Assembly (NCBI GenBank): GCA_951406725.2
Contig: OX597840.1
Location: 12,834,001 to 12,898,000, forward strand
From: Octopus vulgaris
Lineage: Eukaryota
Direction: 5' to 3'
DNA: 64,000 nucleotides
Part shown: positions 12,726 to 26,142 of the stretch, piece after piece
Layout of the letters: the number at the start of each line of letters is the position of its first letter
Numbering within the stretch: the stretch's first letter is position 1
Program-made: the position numbers and the translations under genes
Notes under the pieces: model-generated
What the model was told of the DNA's origin: nothing
Database searches by the model: none
The model's input: the letters and a program-made list of their open reading frames with translations, nothing else

Positions 12726-12912
12726 TAAATTAGAGATAAAACCACTATTAGGCAAATCAAATAATGAAAAACATAAGCTAATACATAAAATTAATTAATT
12801 TATATTATTTTAAAATGTTTTAAAATAATATAAATTAATTAATTTTATGTATTGACTAATGTTTTTCATTATTTGATTTGCCTAATAGTGGTTTTATCTC
12901 TAATTTAATATA
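12721..12912. repeat. AT-rich near-perfect palindrome (copy at ~20163-20354)
   Basis: TATATTAAATTAGAGATAAAACCACTATTAGGCAAATCAAATAATGAAAAACAT.. is mirrored about TTTTAAAATGTTTTAAAA. Confidence 0.88.
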
Positions 12913-13015
12913 ATATAACATATATAATATATTTATACTATAAAATTGGATTTAATCCTAAATCTGATTTTTCCCTGTAAGTTTGGATTTATTCCCTAAT
13001 ATTTTATTATTAATT

Positions 13016-13085
<70 letters not shown>

Positions 13086-13086
13086 A

Positions 13087-13130
<44 letters not shown>

Positions 13131-13131
13131 A

Positions 13132-14417
13132 CAAGGTGCAGTGAATAAATTGTCATCTAACTTACACAAAAATGAAGATAACACTGACATCTCATTTTAA
13201 CAGATATATTAACTAAAATTACATAAAAATATCTTGAAATACTAACGAGTAAATTTATTCAATAAAATCGCCATTGGCTTAAATCACACCTGTCAGACGA
13301 CTTTGGAATCTCCTCAATCCATCTGGACGGTCTCCTTGTTCAAGTTGGTGAATGCTGCCATAATCCTTGCCTTCAGTTCATCTTTGGTGTTACAAGGAGT
13401 TTTGTTGGTCACTTGCTCATCTGTACCCCACACATAATCAAAGGGTTTGCAGTCTGGGGAGTTAGATGTTAGGGGTGGTGTGATCGCAGAAATTGTCAGA
13501 CAGCTATGACTGGATTCTCCTGCTTGTGTGATATGGTGTAGAGTCCTGTTTACCAGACATAGGGTCTTCCAGTAGTCACCCTCTTGACCCAAGGCAGCAC
13601 TACCTCCTCCAGGCACTTGATGTAGGTTCCCATGTTGAGTGTGAGGTCGTGTGGAAAGATGATCAGTGGCATAACCTCGCCATCGCTAGTGATCACTCCA
13701 GACACCATGATGTTAACTGGTTGCTTGATTTTTATCATTCTCGGTACATGTTTTGGGGGCACAGCAAGCCAACAGTTGTTCTGTGTGTTTACCTTCTGAT
13801 CCTGGGAGAAATTTTTCTTGTCAGAGAAAAACCAATGCATGTTCGGTTGGAGTGGATGCTTGAGTTTGTTCAAAAACTTCGTAGAGGAGTCTTTCCTCTT
13901 GTCCTTAATGGCTTGGGATAACAACTGGTTGTTTCTCGTCTTGTATGAGGAATACTAAACGTCTTCACACACTACCTGTCTGATAAGAAACTCAGACATT
14001 CCCATGTCCCTGGTGATGGAACTGATTGTCTTGGAAGGGGTCGTTATCAATCCATGTCTTGAACCTCACCAACAAGGTCAGGAGTTCTTTTCTTATCAGA
14101 ATGATCAGAGTGAGTTTTTTGAGCAGCCATATCTTCATAATCAACAATAGACTCATTCAAGCCTTTCCCGAATCCTCTGCGCTGTCCTCAGATTGACACC
14201 CAAACAATCCGAAATGTTCATAGGGGAAATAGCTTCCAGAATTAATGCCAAGCTATACAGCATGTCATTTTAAAATTTCTGGCCATAGTATTGTTTTCCT
14301 CACAGATGGTGCCCAACTGACCCTACTATGCTGTGTAGTTGAGAAAATTAAAAACAAACAATGAGCATGCGTAAAATAACAAATATAAAATGGAGACAAT
14401 TTACCCATCTCACCCTG
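13132..14417 (-). mobile_element. Decayed Tc1/mariner-superfamily transposon (DD37D/maT-like)
   Basis: Transposase remnants WFFSDKKNFSQDQKVNTQNN..IMVSGVITSDG..YIKCLEEVVLPW..PYVW and SPDCKPFDYVWG..TKDELKARIMAAF. About 1.29 kb, with imperfect TIRs CAAGGTGCAGTGAATAAATTGTC / GACAATTTACCCATCTCACCCTG flanked by TA. Confidence 0.87.
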
Positions 14418-14678
14418 TATATATGTGTATATAAGTATATATGTGTGTTTGTGGACATATGTGTTTGTATATGAACTTATAAATACATATAGATTTATAA
14501 ACATATTTGTATATACAAACTTGTATATATCTATATGTGTGTGTGATGTGTATGTGTATATATATGTGTGTGTATATATATGTATATATATATATATATA
14601 TATACATATATGTATGTATGTATATATACACACACACACATAGATATATATAGATACATACATATATATTCATATATG

Positions 14679-14729
<51 letters not shown>

Positions 14730-14955
14730 TAGGACCAGGAAGAGAATTCCAGTGAAGAAAATCTCTTACAAGGAAGAATTGTTTGTTCTAAAATATTTAT
14801 ACAATAATATCATGTGAACAAATGTATGGTTTATCACATTTTTTTAAACATCCTTGTATCTAGTTACTGAAAACATATACGTATTTTCTATAAAGAAAAC
14901 TTCCTTGTTTTGCAAACAGTAAAATTTATTGGTCAGTTCAACAGAATATGAAATG

Positions 14956-14991
<36 letters not shown>

Positions 14992-15315
14992 TATATATAT
15001 TTATTTATATATATATATATTGTGAAATTTGATTTAGTATTACTCAACAGAATTTTTCCCTGTAAGTTTGGAATAATATTCCCTAATATTATTATTATTA
15101 AATATAGAAATATATATAAATGTATATAAATATATATAAATATATAAATGGCGGTGCCCCAGCATGGCCACAGCTCATGAGCTGAAACTAGAATCAATTC
15201 AATCAATCAATATACATATCTTTAACTGTATGTATACATGTATATATATCATGCATATATGTATATATAAGTATGCATGTATGTATGTATGTATGTATGT
15301 ATGTATGTATGTATT

Positions 15316-15352
<37 letters not shown>

Positions 15353-15379
15353 GTGTGTATGTGTGTATGTATGTAACTA

Positions 15380-16410
15380 CATATCTATATCTTCCGTATT
15401 TTTTTAAATCAGATTTTTCTTCAGTGACTGTAGAACAATCAATTTCTAAATATACATTCCAGAACATCACAGCCTTATTCTTTAAATTTGAAATAGTTTT
15501 GACATCTTCATTCAGTTTTATAAATCTATTGACTCATTTTTCTTTTTTCTGGCGAGTTTGTCGCAAAAATTTAACATCGTTAAGTTTCTTCATTAAAAAT
15601 CACATGTTAATTTTTTGTGTTATAATCCACTTTGTTTTATCTGTTAGGTTTTTCATGCCAGCCACCATGTGTTAATTGTTTGTGTTTTATGTTAACTTTG
15701 TATTGTGGTATGAATATGGTCTTTTCTGGTGACAAATTTCATGGAGTGTGCAAGTGTCATCTTTTAGTATTTTTCTATCTAAGTATGTTTTATGGTATGT
15801 CGTACAGAGTTTCGTTGTAAGTGCAAAGGAAACTGTCAATAGAGTGTTGTACAAGTATGTCCAAAATAAGTGCTGGACTCCTGAAGGTAATCATTAGGAG
15901 TTTTGGTTTACATGTGATGTTTTATTGATAAAAGAGTTTTTGTTTTGAGTTCATATCATATATTATTGATTTTACTTTGTGGTCCCTTGTGATGCATTTT
16001 GTGTTGTGTTTTATGAAATTTTGGTTATGTATTCATCTGTTTAATATTTGTTCTGCATCTGATTGATCATTATCATGTCATGTCCTTGATCTATGGTGTT
16101 ATGGGTTGCATGGATTAACAAGAATCAATCCAAAGATTGCACCAGGTTCCATTGTCTGCTTTGGAATGGTTTTTACAACATCATGATCTTAATATTAAAC
16201 ATTTCACAGTGCAATGGCACTATTAAGGTTGATATATAGATCTTAAGTTTGCAAAACCTGAGTAAGAGGATGTGTCCTTGTGTTAAATGATGGTTAATAT
16301 CTGAGAGGAGAGATTGAAGAAGAGTTTGTGGGGAAGCATCATGGCTGATCACAATTAGGAGATAGAATGTCAATGAATTTATTGTATCTCCAGGGGGGAA
16401 TTATTGATTG
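15380..16410 (-). mobile_element. Highly decayed retroelement relic, possibly PLE (copy at ~23375-24410)
   Basis: Minus-strand YFGHTCTTL resembles the GIY-YIG YIGxTTTTL motif, but there is no intact ORF. Confidence 0.35.
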
Positions 16411-16428
16411 AGTGAGGTGCCCATATAC

Positions 16429-16479
<51 letters not shown>

Positions 16480-16669
16480 TTTATAATTAGGGTTCAGCAA
16501 AGATTTGCTTCACCACATACCGAAGTTTAGATAATAGCAGTCAAAAAATCTTAGCTGAACCCTAATTATAATGTATTACTTAAGCTTACCATGAAATGGT
16601 CTTTTTCTTGCCAAATTCTACTTGGTGAAATTACGAATTACTTCTTAATCAATTAATTTTACCCTTTGT

Positions 16670-16711
<42 letters not shown>

Positions 16712-16947
16712 TGTATATATGTGTGTGTGTATATACAAACATGTATAAATATATATATATATATATATATGTATAACTCCAAGAAAGTTAGGGGTTGTGG
16801 ATCCAACCAAGTAAGGGATAATATTTATCCAATATACTGTTGGTATAATACCCAATTATTAATACACAAGTGTTTTTAATTGCATTGCAATTAACTTACC
16901 TATTGTATTAAATGGATGAAGTTAATGAGATATTTTACCATTAATTT

Positions 16948-17200
16948 ATATAGCAAATAAGAAAATGGAGAAGCACATTAGTTGGTTCATCAACTTTAGG
17001 ATATTAAAATGTTAACTTAATAATTTATATTCATGTTTTTTAATAATTGCTTGTATTCTTATCTTAAATGCATTGAATATTATACTGTATGTATGTATGT
17101 TATTATGGTCGTTGTTTTGATAAATAAATAAGTCAACATTTTAATGTCCTAAAGTTGATGAACCAACTATTGTGCTTCTCCATTTTCTTATTTGCTATAT
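16948..17200. repeat. Inverted repeat (~65-bp arms), probable PLE inverted terminal repeat
   Basis: TATAGCAAATAAGAAAATGGAGAAGCACATTAGTTGGTTCATCAACTTTAGG is mirrored at 17135-17200. The 16780-16990 stretch resembles the PLE end at 35340-35550. Confidence 0.75.
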
Positions 17201-17499
17201 ATATATATGTCACGTGATCACGTGACTGACCAGAAAATCAGATGTTGCTACTCATCACTGGTCACAATGCGTTCGCATTGTTTTAGCCTTCGAACTATGC
17301 CACCCCGCTGGCTAAGCGAGCAGGCCAACAGAAGAAAGAGTGAGAGAAAGAGTACAGCGGGGATCACCACCCCCTGATAGAGCCTCGTGGATTTTTAGGT
17401 GTTTTCGCTCAATAAACACACACAACGCCTGGTCTGGGAATCGAAACCACGATCCTCCGACTGCGAGTCCACTGCCCTAACCACTGGGCCATTGCACCT

Positions 17500-17576
<77 letters not shown>

Positions 17577-18063
17577 TATATACATATATATATGCAGGTG
17601 TAGGAGTGGCTGTGTGGTAAGTAGCTTGCTTACCAACCACATGGTTCTGGGTTCAGTTCCACTGTGTGGCATCTTGGGCAAGTGTCTTCTGCTATAGCCT
17701 TGGGCTGACCAAAGCCTTGTGAGTGGATTTTGTAGACGGAAACTGAAAGCAGCCCGTTATATATATGTATATATATATATTATATAATTAGGGCTTAGTA
17801 AAATAAATTACTTTGCCACGTACTGAACTTTCTAGAAATAGCAGCCAAAAATGTTTTTTAGCCATTCCCACTACTTAAAGAAAATTTCTCTCAGATAATG
17901 TTTACTCAAAATAACTCACGAAGGTATGGAGGTAAAAACAGAAAAATATCACAAGTACAAAGATTATTTGAGAACGTTAACGTTTCTAGATTAGCCAAAT
18001 AAACTCAGCATTTCTTTCGTCAGCTCAACATTTCTTATTTTGGATTTGGAAGCACTAAAAAGA

Positions 18064-18242
18064 AAGAACATACCCTTTGGCGACTTATCACCTCAGATGA
18101 CCCGTTCAGACTGCCAGTACCAACAAATTCACGTGGGTGGAAGGGGAGAGCAGAGAATCTTCGCTTGCACATTTTGAATTTGTTGGTACTGGCAGTCTGA
18201 ACGGGTCATCTGAGGTGATAAGTCGCCAAAGGGTATGTTCTT
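18064..18242. repeat. Perfect hairpin, 68-bp arms and 43-nt loop
   Basis: 18064-18131 is the exact reverse complement of 18175-18242. It ends a repeat (from ~17785) that is related to 58245-58680. Confidence 0.92.
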
Positions 18243-18944
18243 AATATATATCGGCTGTCTACCTATTCCTCATTCCTGCATGGAAAGAAGTTTCTGTCAG
18301 CTCGCCGCCTTAATACCTGCACCTATTTATGAAATAGAAAATAATTGGGTCCCCAGAGTTGAGTTATTAATCTAGAATCACCCATTATCAATTTGTGAAG
18401 GTGTTTCTTTTTCCTTTTTCTCTTCCCTTCCAGGATCTGGAGGTAGAAGCAACCCCTAAGACCTTTGTAGGCCCTTTTCAGTTGGTGTGATTCATACTAC
18501 GAATGTTCCTATACAAATATTAATGAAGTCACAACCTTTGGGGAAAGATAGGACCAGGAAGAGAATTCCAGTGAAGAAAATATCTTACAAGGAAGAATTG
18601 TTTGTTCTAAAATATTTATACAATAATATCATGTGAACAAATGTATGGTTTACCACATTCTTTTAAACACCCTTGTATCTAGTTACTGAAAACATATACG
18701 TATTTTCTATAAAGAAAACTTCCTTGTTTTGCAAACAGTAAAATTTATTGGTCAGTTCAACAGAATATGAAACGTATATAAATTACTATCGTACCTGTTT
18801 TCCCATAACATTTTTACTCTTACCAAGGACCAGAAGCTAAATTTGAGACAAGCTCACATCCCACAAGCCACAACACTAAGAAACTGAACATTAATATTTC
18901 TATACAACAGCCAGAAATATTCTATCCAACCTAAAAACACAAGC

Positions 18945-19053
18945 ATGGTTGCTTCCATTGTTATTGATCATGGATCATATATGTGTAAAGCTGGTTTTGG
19001 AGGTGATTATGAAGAAAGAAAAGTGATTCCTCCATTGTTATCCCAAACACAAG
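18945..19053 (+). pseudogene. Frameshifted duplicate of actin-like exon 1
   Basis: Same ATG context and AAG|GTATGT donor, but 109 nt instead of 114 (net 5-nt loss after IPP). Splicing it to 30318 would be out of frame. Confidence 0.85.
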
Positions 19054-19871
19054 GTATGTTGACTATATATACATATACATACATAAAGGACAGACCACTC
19101 AAAAAGTGGACGGTCAACATGCTAGATATAGACGTCAAATCGCTATTTTCCACAAAAAATATGTTCTCAAATAAATAAAATATTTTTAATGCTTTGGTTT
19201 TGTGCTGAGTTTTTATTTGAGAACATATTCTTTGTGGAAAATAGCGACTTGACGTCTATATCTAGCATGTTGACCGTCCACTTTTAGTGGTCAGTCCTTT
19301 AAATTTTGTAAGCAATAATATTTTAATCTTCGGATTTTTTAATATGCTGGGCCACTGGTTTTAATTGATTAATATCAATTTCTACCCTTATTAAATTTTA
19401 AATTAAATATACATATACATATATATTTATAGGAAGCTAATTATATGGCTGGTCACTCTATATATGGAATGGTTCTGCATGCTTACAGCACTTAGTTTAT
19501 AGTTCTTTATGAATGCAAGCCATTGGTCAATTCTGTAAGCATGTTATGTGTCTTACATTTAGAGTGTCTTCTTTTTCGGATATATAATCCGCTGATGATA
19601 CATATTGTAGCGTGCTGAACTCCGAATCAACATGCAACAAATACTGTAGATTTGTTTAAATAATTGAAAACCGCCAAGCACATGGCATGAATGAGTTTTA
19701 GGTGAACTATTCCGTTTTTCTCTATATTATGAATGTATGTATGTACATACACGTGCATACAAACGCACATATATATATAGATATGCATATCTCTCTTTCT
19801 TTCTGTGTGTGTGTGTATATATATATACATATATACATAAGCACTTATAACCTCAATATTTATATAAATAG

Positions 19872-19903
<32 letters not shown>

Positions 19904-20069
19904 ATATATCTATGTATGTGTTTATATATATATATATATACATATATATACATATATATATATATGTATGTATATATATACATATACATATATATATATA
20001 TATATGTATGTATACATATACATATACATATACATATATATATATATATATACATACATGCATACATGC

Positions 20070-20171
<102 letters not shown>

Positions 20172-20457
20172 TTAGAGATAAAACCACTATTAGGCAAATC
20201 AAATAATGAAAAACATAAGCTAATACATAAAATTAATTAATTTATATTATTTTAAAATATTTTAAAATAATATATATTAATTAATTTTATGTATTGACTA
20301 ATGTTTTTCATTATTTGATTTGCCTAATAGTGGTTTTATCTCTAATTTAATATAATATAATATATATAATATATTTATACTATAAAATTGGATTTAATCC
20401 TAAATCTGATTTTTCCCTGTAAGTTTGGATTTATTCCCTAATATTTTATTATTAATT

Positions 20458-20517
<60 letters not shown>

Positions 20518-20561
20518 CATACATACATACATACATATAAATATATATATATATATATATG

Positions 20562-20601
<40 letters not shown>

Positions 20602-20602
<1 letters not shown>

Positions 20603-21888
20603 AAGGTGCAGTGAATAAATTGTCATCTAACTTACACAAAAATGAAAATAACACTGACATCTCATTTTAACAGATATATTTACTAAAATTACATAAAAAT
20701 ATCTTGAAATACTAAAAAGTAAATTTATTCAATAAAATCGCCATTGGCTTAAATCACACCTGCCAGACGACTTTGGAATCTCCTCAATCCTTCTGGATGG
20801 TCTCCTTGTTCAAGTTGGTGAATGCTGCCATAATCCTTGCCTTCAGTTCATCTTTGGTGTTACAAGGAGTTTTGTTGGTCACTTGCTCATCTGTACCCCA
20901 CACATAATCAAAGGGTTTGCAGTCTGGGGAGTCAGATGTTAGGGGTGGTGTGATCGCAGAAATTGTCAGACAGCTATGATTGGATTCTCCTGCTTGTGTG
21001 ATATGGTGTCAGAGTCCTGTTTACCAGACATAGGGTCTTCCAGTAGTCACCCTCTTGACCCAAGGCAGCACTACCTCCTCCAGGCACTTGATGTAGGTTC
21101 CCATGTTGAGTGTGAGGTCGTGTGGAAAGATGATCAGTGGCATAACCTCGCCATCGCTAGTGATCACTCCAGACACCATGATGTTAACTAGTTGCTTGAT
21201 TTTTATCATTCTCGGTACATGTTTTCGGGGCACAGCAAGCCAACAGTTGTTCTGTGTGTTTACCATCTGATCCTGGGAGAAATTTTTCTTGTCAGAGAAA
21301 AACCAATGCATGTTCGGTTGGAGGGGATACTTGAGTTTGTTCAAAAACTTCGTAGAGGAGTCTTTCCTCTTGTCCTTAATGGCTTGGGATAAAAACTGGT
21401 TGTTTCTCGTCTTGTATGAGGAATACTAAATGTCTTCACACACTACCTGTCTGATAAGAAACTCAGACATTCCCATGTCCCTGGTGATGGAACTGATTGT
21501 CTTGGAAGGGGTCGTTATCAATCCAGGTCTAGAACCTCACCAACAAGGTCAAGAGTTCTTTTCTTATCAGAATGATCAGAGTGAGTTTTTTGAGCAGCCA
21601 TATCTTCATAATCAACAAAAGACTCATTCAAACCCTTCCCGAATCCTCTGCGCTGTCCTCAGATTGACACCCAAACAATCCGAAATGTTCATAGGGGAAA
21701 TAGCTTCCAGAACGAATGCCAAGCTATACAGCATGTCATTTTAAAATTTCTGGCCATAGTATTGTTTTCCTCACAGATGGTGCCCAACTGACCCTACTAT
21801 GCTGTGTAGTTGAGAAAATTAAAAACAAACAATGAGCATGCGTAAAATAACAAATATAAAATGGAGACAATTTACCCATCTCGCCCTG
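20602..21888 (-). mobile_element. Decayed DD37D/maT-like transposon, duplicated copy
   Basis: Same TIRs, flanks and transposase remnants as 13132-14417, so it arose by segmental duplication. Confidence 0.87.
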
Positions 21889-22390
21889 TATGTATGTGTA
21901 TATAAGTATATATGTGTGTTTGTGGACATATGTGTTTGTATATAAACTTATAAATACATATAGATTTATAAACATATTTGTATATACAAACTTGTATATA
22001 TCTATATGTGTGTGTGATGTGTATGTGTATATATATGTGTGTGTATATATATGTAAATATATATATATATACATATATGTATGTATGTATATACACACAC
22101 ACACATAGATATATATAGATACATACATATATATTCATATATGTATATTATATATATATATAGATAGGACCAGGAAGACAAAACCAGTGAAGAAAATCTC
22201 TTACAAGGAAGAATATTTTGTTCTAAAACATTTATACAATAATATCATGTGAACAAATGTATGGTTTATCACATTTTTTTAAACACCCTTGTATCCAGTT
22301 ACTGGAAACATATACGTATTTTCTATAAAGAAAACTTCCTTGTTTTGCAAACAGTAAAATTTATTGGTCAGTTCAACAGAATATGAAATG

Positions 22391-22423
<33 letters not shown>

Positions 22424-22583
22424 TATATATATATATATACACACTATATGTGTGTGTGATGTGTATGTGTATATATATGTGTGTGTATATATATGTATAT
22501 ATATATATACATATATGTATGTATGTATATATGCACACACACACATAGATATATATAGATACATACATATATATTCATATATG

Positions 22584-22625
<42 letters not shown>

Positions 22626-22687
22626 ATATTTCGGAATGGTCATATTGCCAGTTTAGCCAATAAATCTTGCACAACAAATATTTAAAC

Positions 22688-22718
<31 letters not shown>

Positions 22719-23315
22719 TAGATAGATAGATAGATAGGACCAGGAAGAGAATTCCAGTGAAGAAAATCTCTTACAAGGAAGAATTGTTTGTTCTAAAATA
22801 TTTATACAATAATATCATGTGAACAAATGTATGGTTTATCACATTTTTTGAAACATCCTTGTATCTAGTTACTGAAAACATATACGTATTTTCTATAAAG
22901 AAAACTTCCTTGTTTTGCAAACAGTAAAATTTATTGGTCAGTTCAACAGAATATGAAATGTATATATATATATATATACACACACTCACATATATATATT
23001 TATTTATGTATATATATATATTGTGAAATTTGATTTAGTATTACTCAACAGAATTTTTCCCTGTAAGTTTGGAATAATATTCCCTAATATTATTATTATT
23101 AAATATAGAAATATATGTAAATGTATATAAATATATATAAATATATAAATGGCGGTGCCCCAGCATGGCCACAGCTCATGAGCTGAAACTTGAATCAATC
23201 AATCGATATACATATCTTTAACTGTATGTATACATGTATATATATCATGCATATATGTATATATATATAAGTATGCATGTATGTATGTATGTATGTATGT
23301 ATGTATGTATGTATT

Positions 23316-23350
<35 letters not shown>

Positions 23351-24427
23351 GTGTGTATGTGTGTATGTATGTAACTACATATCTATATCTTCCGTATTTT
23401 TTAAAATCAGATTTTTCTTCAGTGACTGTAGAACAATCAATTTCTAAATATACATTCCAGAACATCACAGCCTTATTTTTTAAATTTGAAATAGTTTTGA
23501 CATCTTCATTCAGTTTTATAATTCTATTGACTCATTTTTCTTTTTTCTGGCGAGTTTGTCGCAAAAATTTAACATCGTTAAGTTTCTTCATTAAAAATCA
23601 CATGTTAATTTTTTGTGTTATAATCCACTTTGTTTTATCTGTTAGGTTTTTCATGCCAGCCACCATGTGTTAATTGTTTGTGTTTTATGTTAACTTTGTA
23701 TTGTGGTATGAATATGGTCTTTTCTGGTGACAAATTTCATGGAGTGTGCAAGTGTCATCTTTTAGTATTTTTCTATCTAAGTATGTTTTATGGTATGTCG
23801 TACAGAGTTTCGTTGTAAGTGCAAAGGAAACTGTCAATAGAGTGTTGTACAAGTATGTCCAAAATAAGTGCTGGACTCCTGAAGGTAATCATTAGGAGTT
23901 TTGGTTTACATGTGATGTTTTATTGATAAAAGAGTTTTTGTTTTGAGTTCATATCATATATTATTGATTTTAGTTTGTGGTCCCTTGTGATGCATTTTGT
24001 GTTGTGTTTTATGAAACTTTTGGTTATGTATTCATCTGTTTAATATTTGTTCTGCATCTGATTGATCATTATCATGTCATGTCCTTGATCTATGGTGTTA
24101 TGGGTTACATGGATTAACAAGAATCAATCCAAAGATTGCCCCAGGTTCCATTGTCTACTTTGGAATGGTTTTTACAACTTCATGATCTTAATATCAACCA
24201 TTTCACAGTGCAATGGCACTATTAAGGTTGATATATAGATCTTAAGTTTGCAAAACCTGAGTAAGAGGATGTGTCCTTGTGTTAAATGATGGTTAATATC
24301 TGAGAGGAGAGATTGAAGAAGAGTTTGTGGGGAAGCATCATGGCTGATCACAATTAGGAGAGAGAATGTCAATGAATTTATGGTATCTCCAGGGGGGATT
24401 TATTGATTGAGTGAGGTGCCCATATAC

Positions 24428-24491
<64 letters not shown>

Positions 24492-24496
<5 letters not shown>

Positions 24497-24757
24497 TTTA
24501 TAATTAGGGTTCAGCAAAGATTTGCTTCACCACATACCGAAGTTTAGAAATAGCAGTCAAAAAATCTTAGCTATTCCTTCTACTTTAAAAGGATTTTCAT
24601 TATTTTTCCCTTTTGCCTGCATGGATTGTTTTCAAGTACTTTGGTTTTTCTGGGAGCCCCTTTTAAAGTAGAAGGAATAGCTAAGATTTTTTAACTGCTC
24701 TTTCTAAGCTTTGGTACGTGGTGAAGCAAATCTTTGCTGAACACTAATTATAAAGTA
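24492..24757. repeat. Fold-back element with ~100-bp arms
   Basis: ATACTTTATAATTAGGGTTCAGCAAAGATTTGCTTCACCAC..TTTAAAAGG is mirrored by CCTTTTAAAGTAGAAGG..GCTGAACACTAATTATAAAGTAT. Confidence 0.87.
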
Positions 24758-24893
24758 TTACTTAAGCTGACCATGAAATGGTCTTTTTCATGCCAAATTC
24801 TACTTGGTGAAATTACGGATTACTACGCTAGTGTATATAACATTACAACCAAATATTCATCAGATCTTTTCTTATATATATGTCTTTATCTGT

Positions 24894-24941
<48 letters not shown>

Positions 24942-25149
24942 CCACTTTTATATATATATCTTAAGGAACCATCCAAACACCACTATGCCTGAGGAGACCT
25001 ATTGAGTCAAGTACATGAACATGAACATCGAAATAAATATCAATGGAAATAGTAGCTGTGATACCTGTGCCAGTGGTACGTCAAAAGCACCATCCGAACG
25101 TGGCCGATGCCAGCACCGCCTTGACTGGCTTCCATGCCAGTCAGAGTGT

Positions 25150-25960
25150 ATAATATCACTTTTGTATGCAGGGAGAGAAGGTTTCATCCCTAATATTAAA
25201 AATGTTATCTATTAACTGGATTATATTTAGATTTTTAGTGATACAGAGTTCACATTTGTTACTTGTCCCCTGTATTTTCTGGCTTAAGCAATGATGTTCA
25301 ATGTTATTTGGGGGTTGCTTACTTCCCCTCTTTCAGTATCCCTATCATATAGGATAGGGATGTAACATATCGCTTTCATTTTTGTCCCTAAATGGCACCA
25401 GGTGTTGTGTCTATTTTTTCTTGAACGAGGTGCCTGATATTCTGATATATGCCATTGTTACTCCATTGAGATTCATGATTTTTCGTCTCATATATACTTT
25501 TCTTTTTCTAGACATCTATTATTTAGAGGACAGTGATTTGAAGACCTATAGTTACAGTGTCTTTCAGGGATATTTCTGGTGTGTTTATTTTTATTGTGGT
25601 TGAATATTATCGACCTTATATTGAGGAGGTAACTATAGCTAAATTTAACAGTGTTTCTGTTGAAGATCTGGTTTTTGTGTGAATGTAGAAAGTGCATGTC
25701 TTTTAATATTAAGAATCTCCTAGCTATGTTAGTAGCTGCATTCATGCTATAAGATGTGTTAAACCATAAGATTTTCCTCTGTCTGTGTCTTCTTGATCTA
25801 TCTGCATTTGGGTCAATGTAGTTTATGCTATCCTTAAAGTTGGACAGTTCTAATGCAGCATTATTGTAGGGGCAACCTTTACAAAAGTGTCTTTATCAAC
25901 GGATAGATTGGACAGACACCTGCTAGTGTTATTAATTAATTGCTTAATGATTGCTGGTTG
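25150..25960 (-). mobile_element. Penelope-like retroelement fragment (RT thumb/linker to GIY-YIG)
   Basis: PAIIKQL..LSNLSVDKDTF..AP; TNIARRFLIL..HF..IFNRNTVKFSYS; CNYR..CPLNNRCL. These are typical PLE C-terminal motifs. Confidence 0.8.
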
Positions 25961-26142
25961 GAGATACAGACATATATATAAAAAAAGATATGATGAATAT
26001 TTGGTTGTAATATTATATCCACTAGTGTAGCTAGAGTGTATGCCACCCAGAAATGTTCTTCTGTTTGCTTGCTGCCCACTGGGCCTCACAAAAACCATAT
26101 TTCTTACAGCAAAAGCCTACAACAAAATAATAAGTGCTGCAC

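Larger units (their letters stand above)
10326..16640 (+). repeat. Local duplication unit 1 (~6.3 kb; paralogous to 18252-24825)
   Basis: Colinear near-identity from GGCTGTCTACCTATTCCTCA to GGTGAAATTACG, covering actin exon 1, the hairpin MITE, the mariner-type element and a PLE relic. Confidence 0.93.

Noticed and set aside
18945-19178. 77-aa stand-alone protein
   Set aside because: It is the frameshifted exon-1 duplicate reading into intron and MITE sequence.
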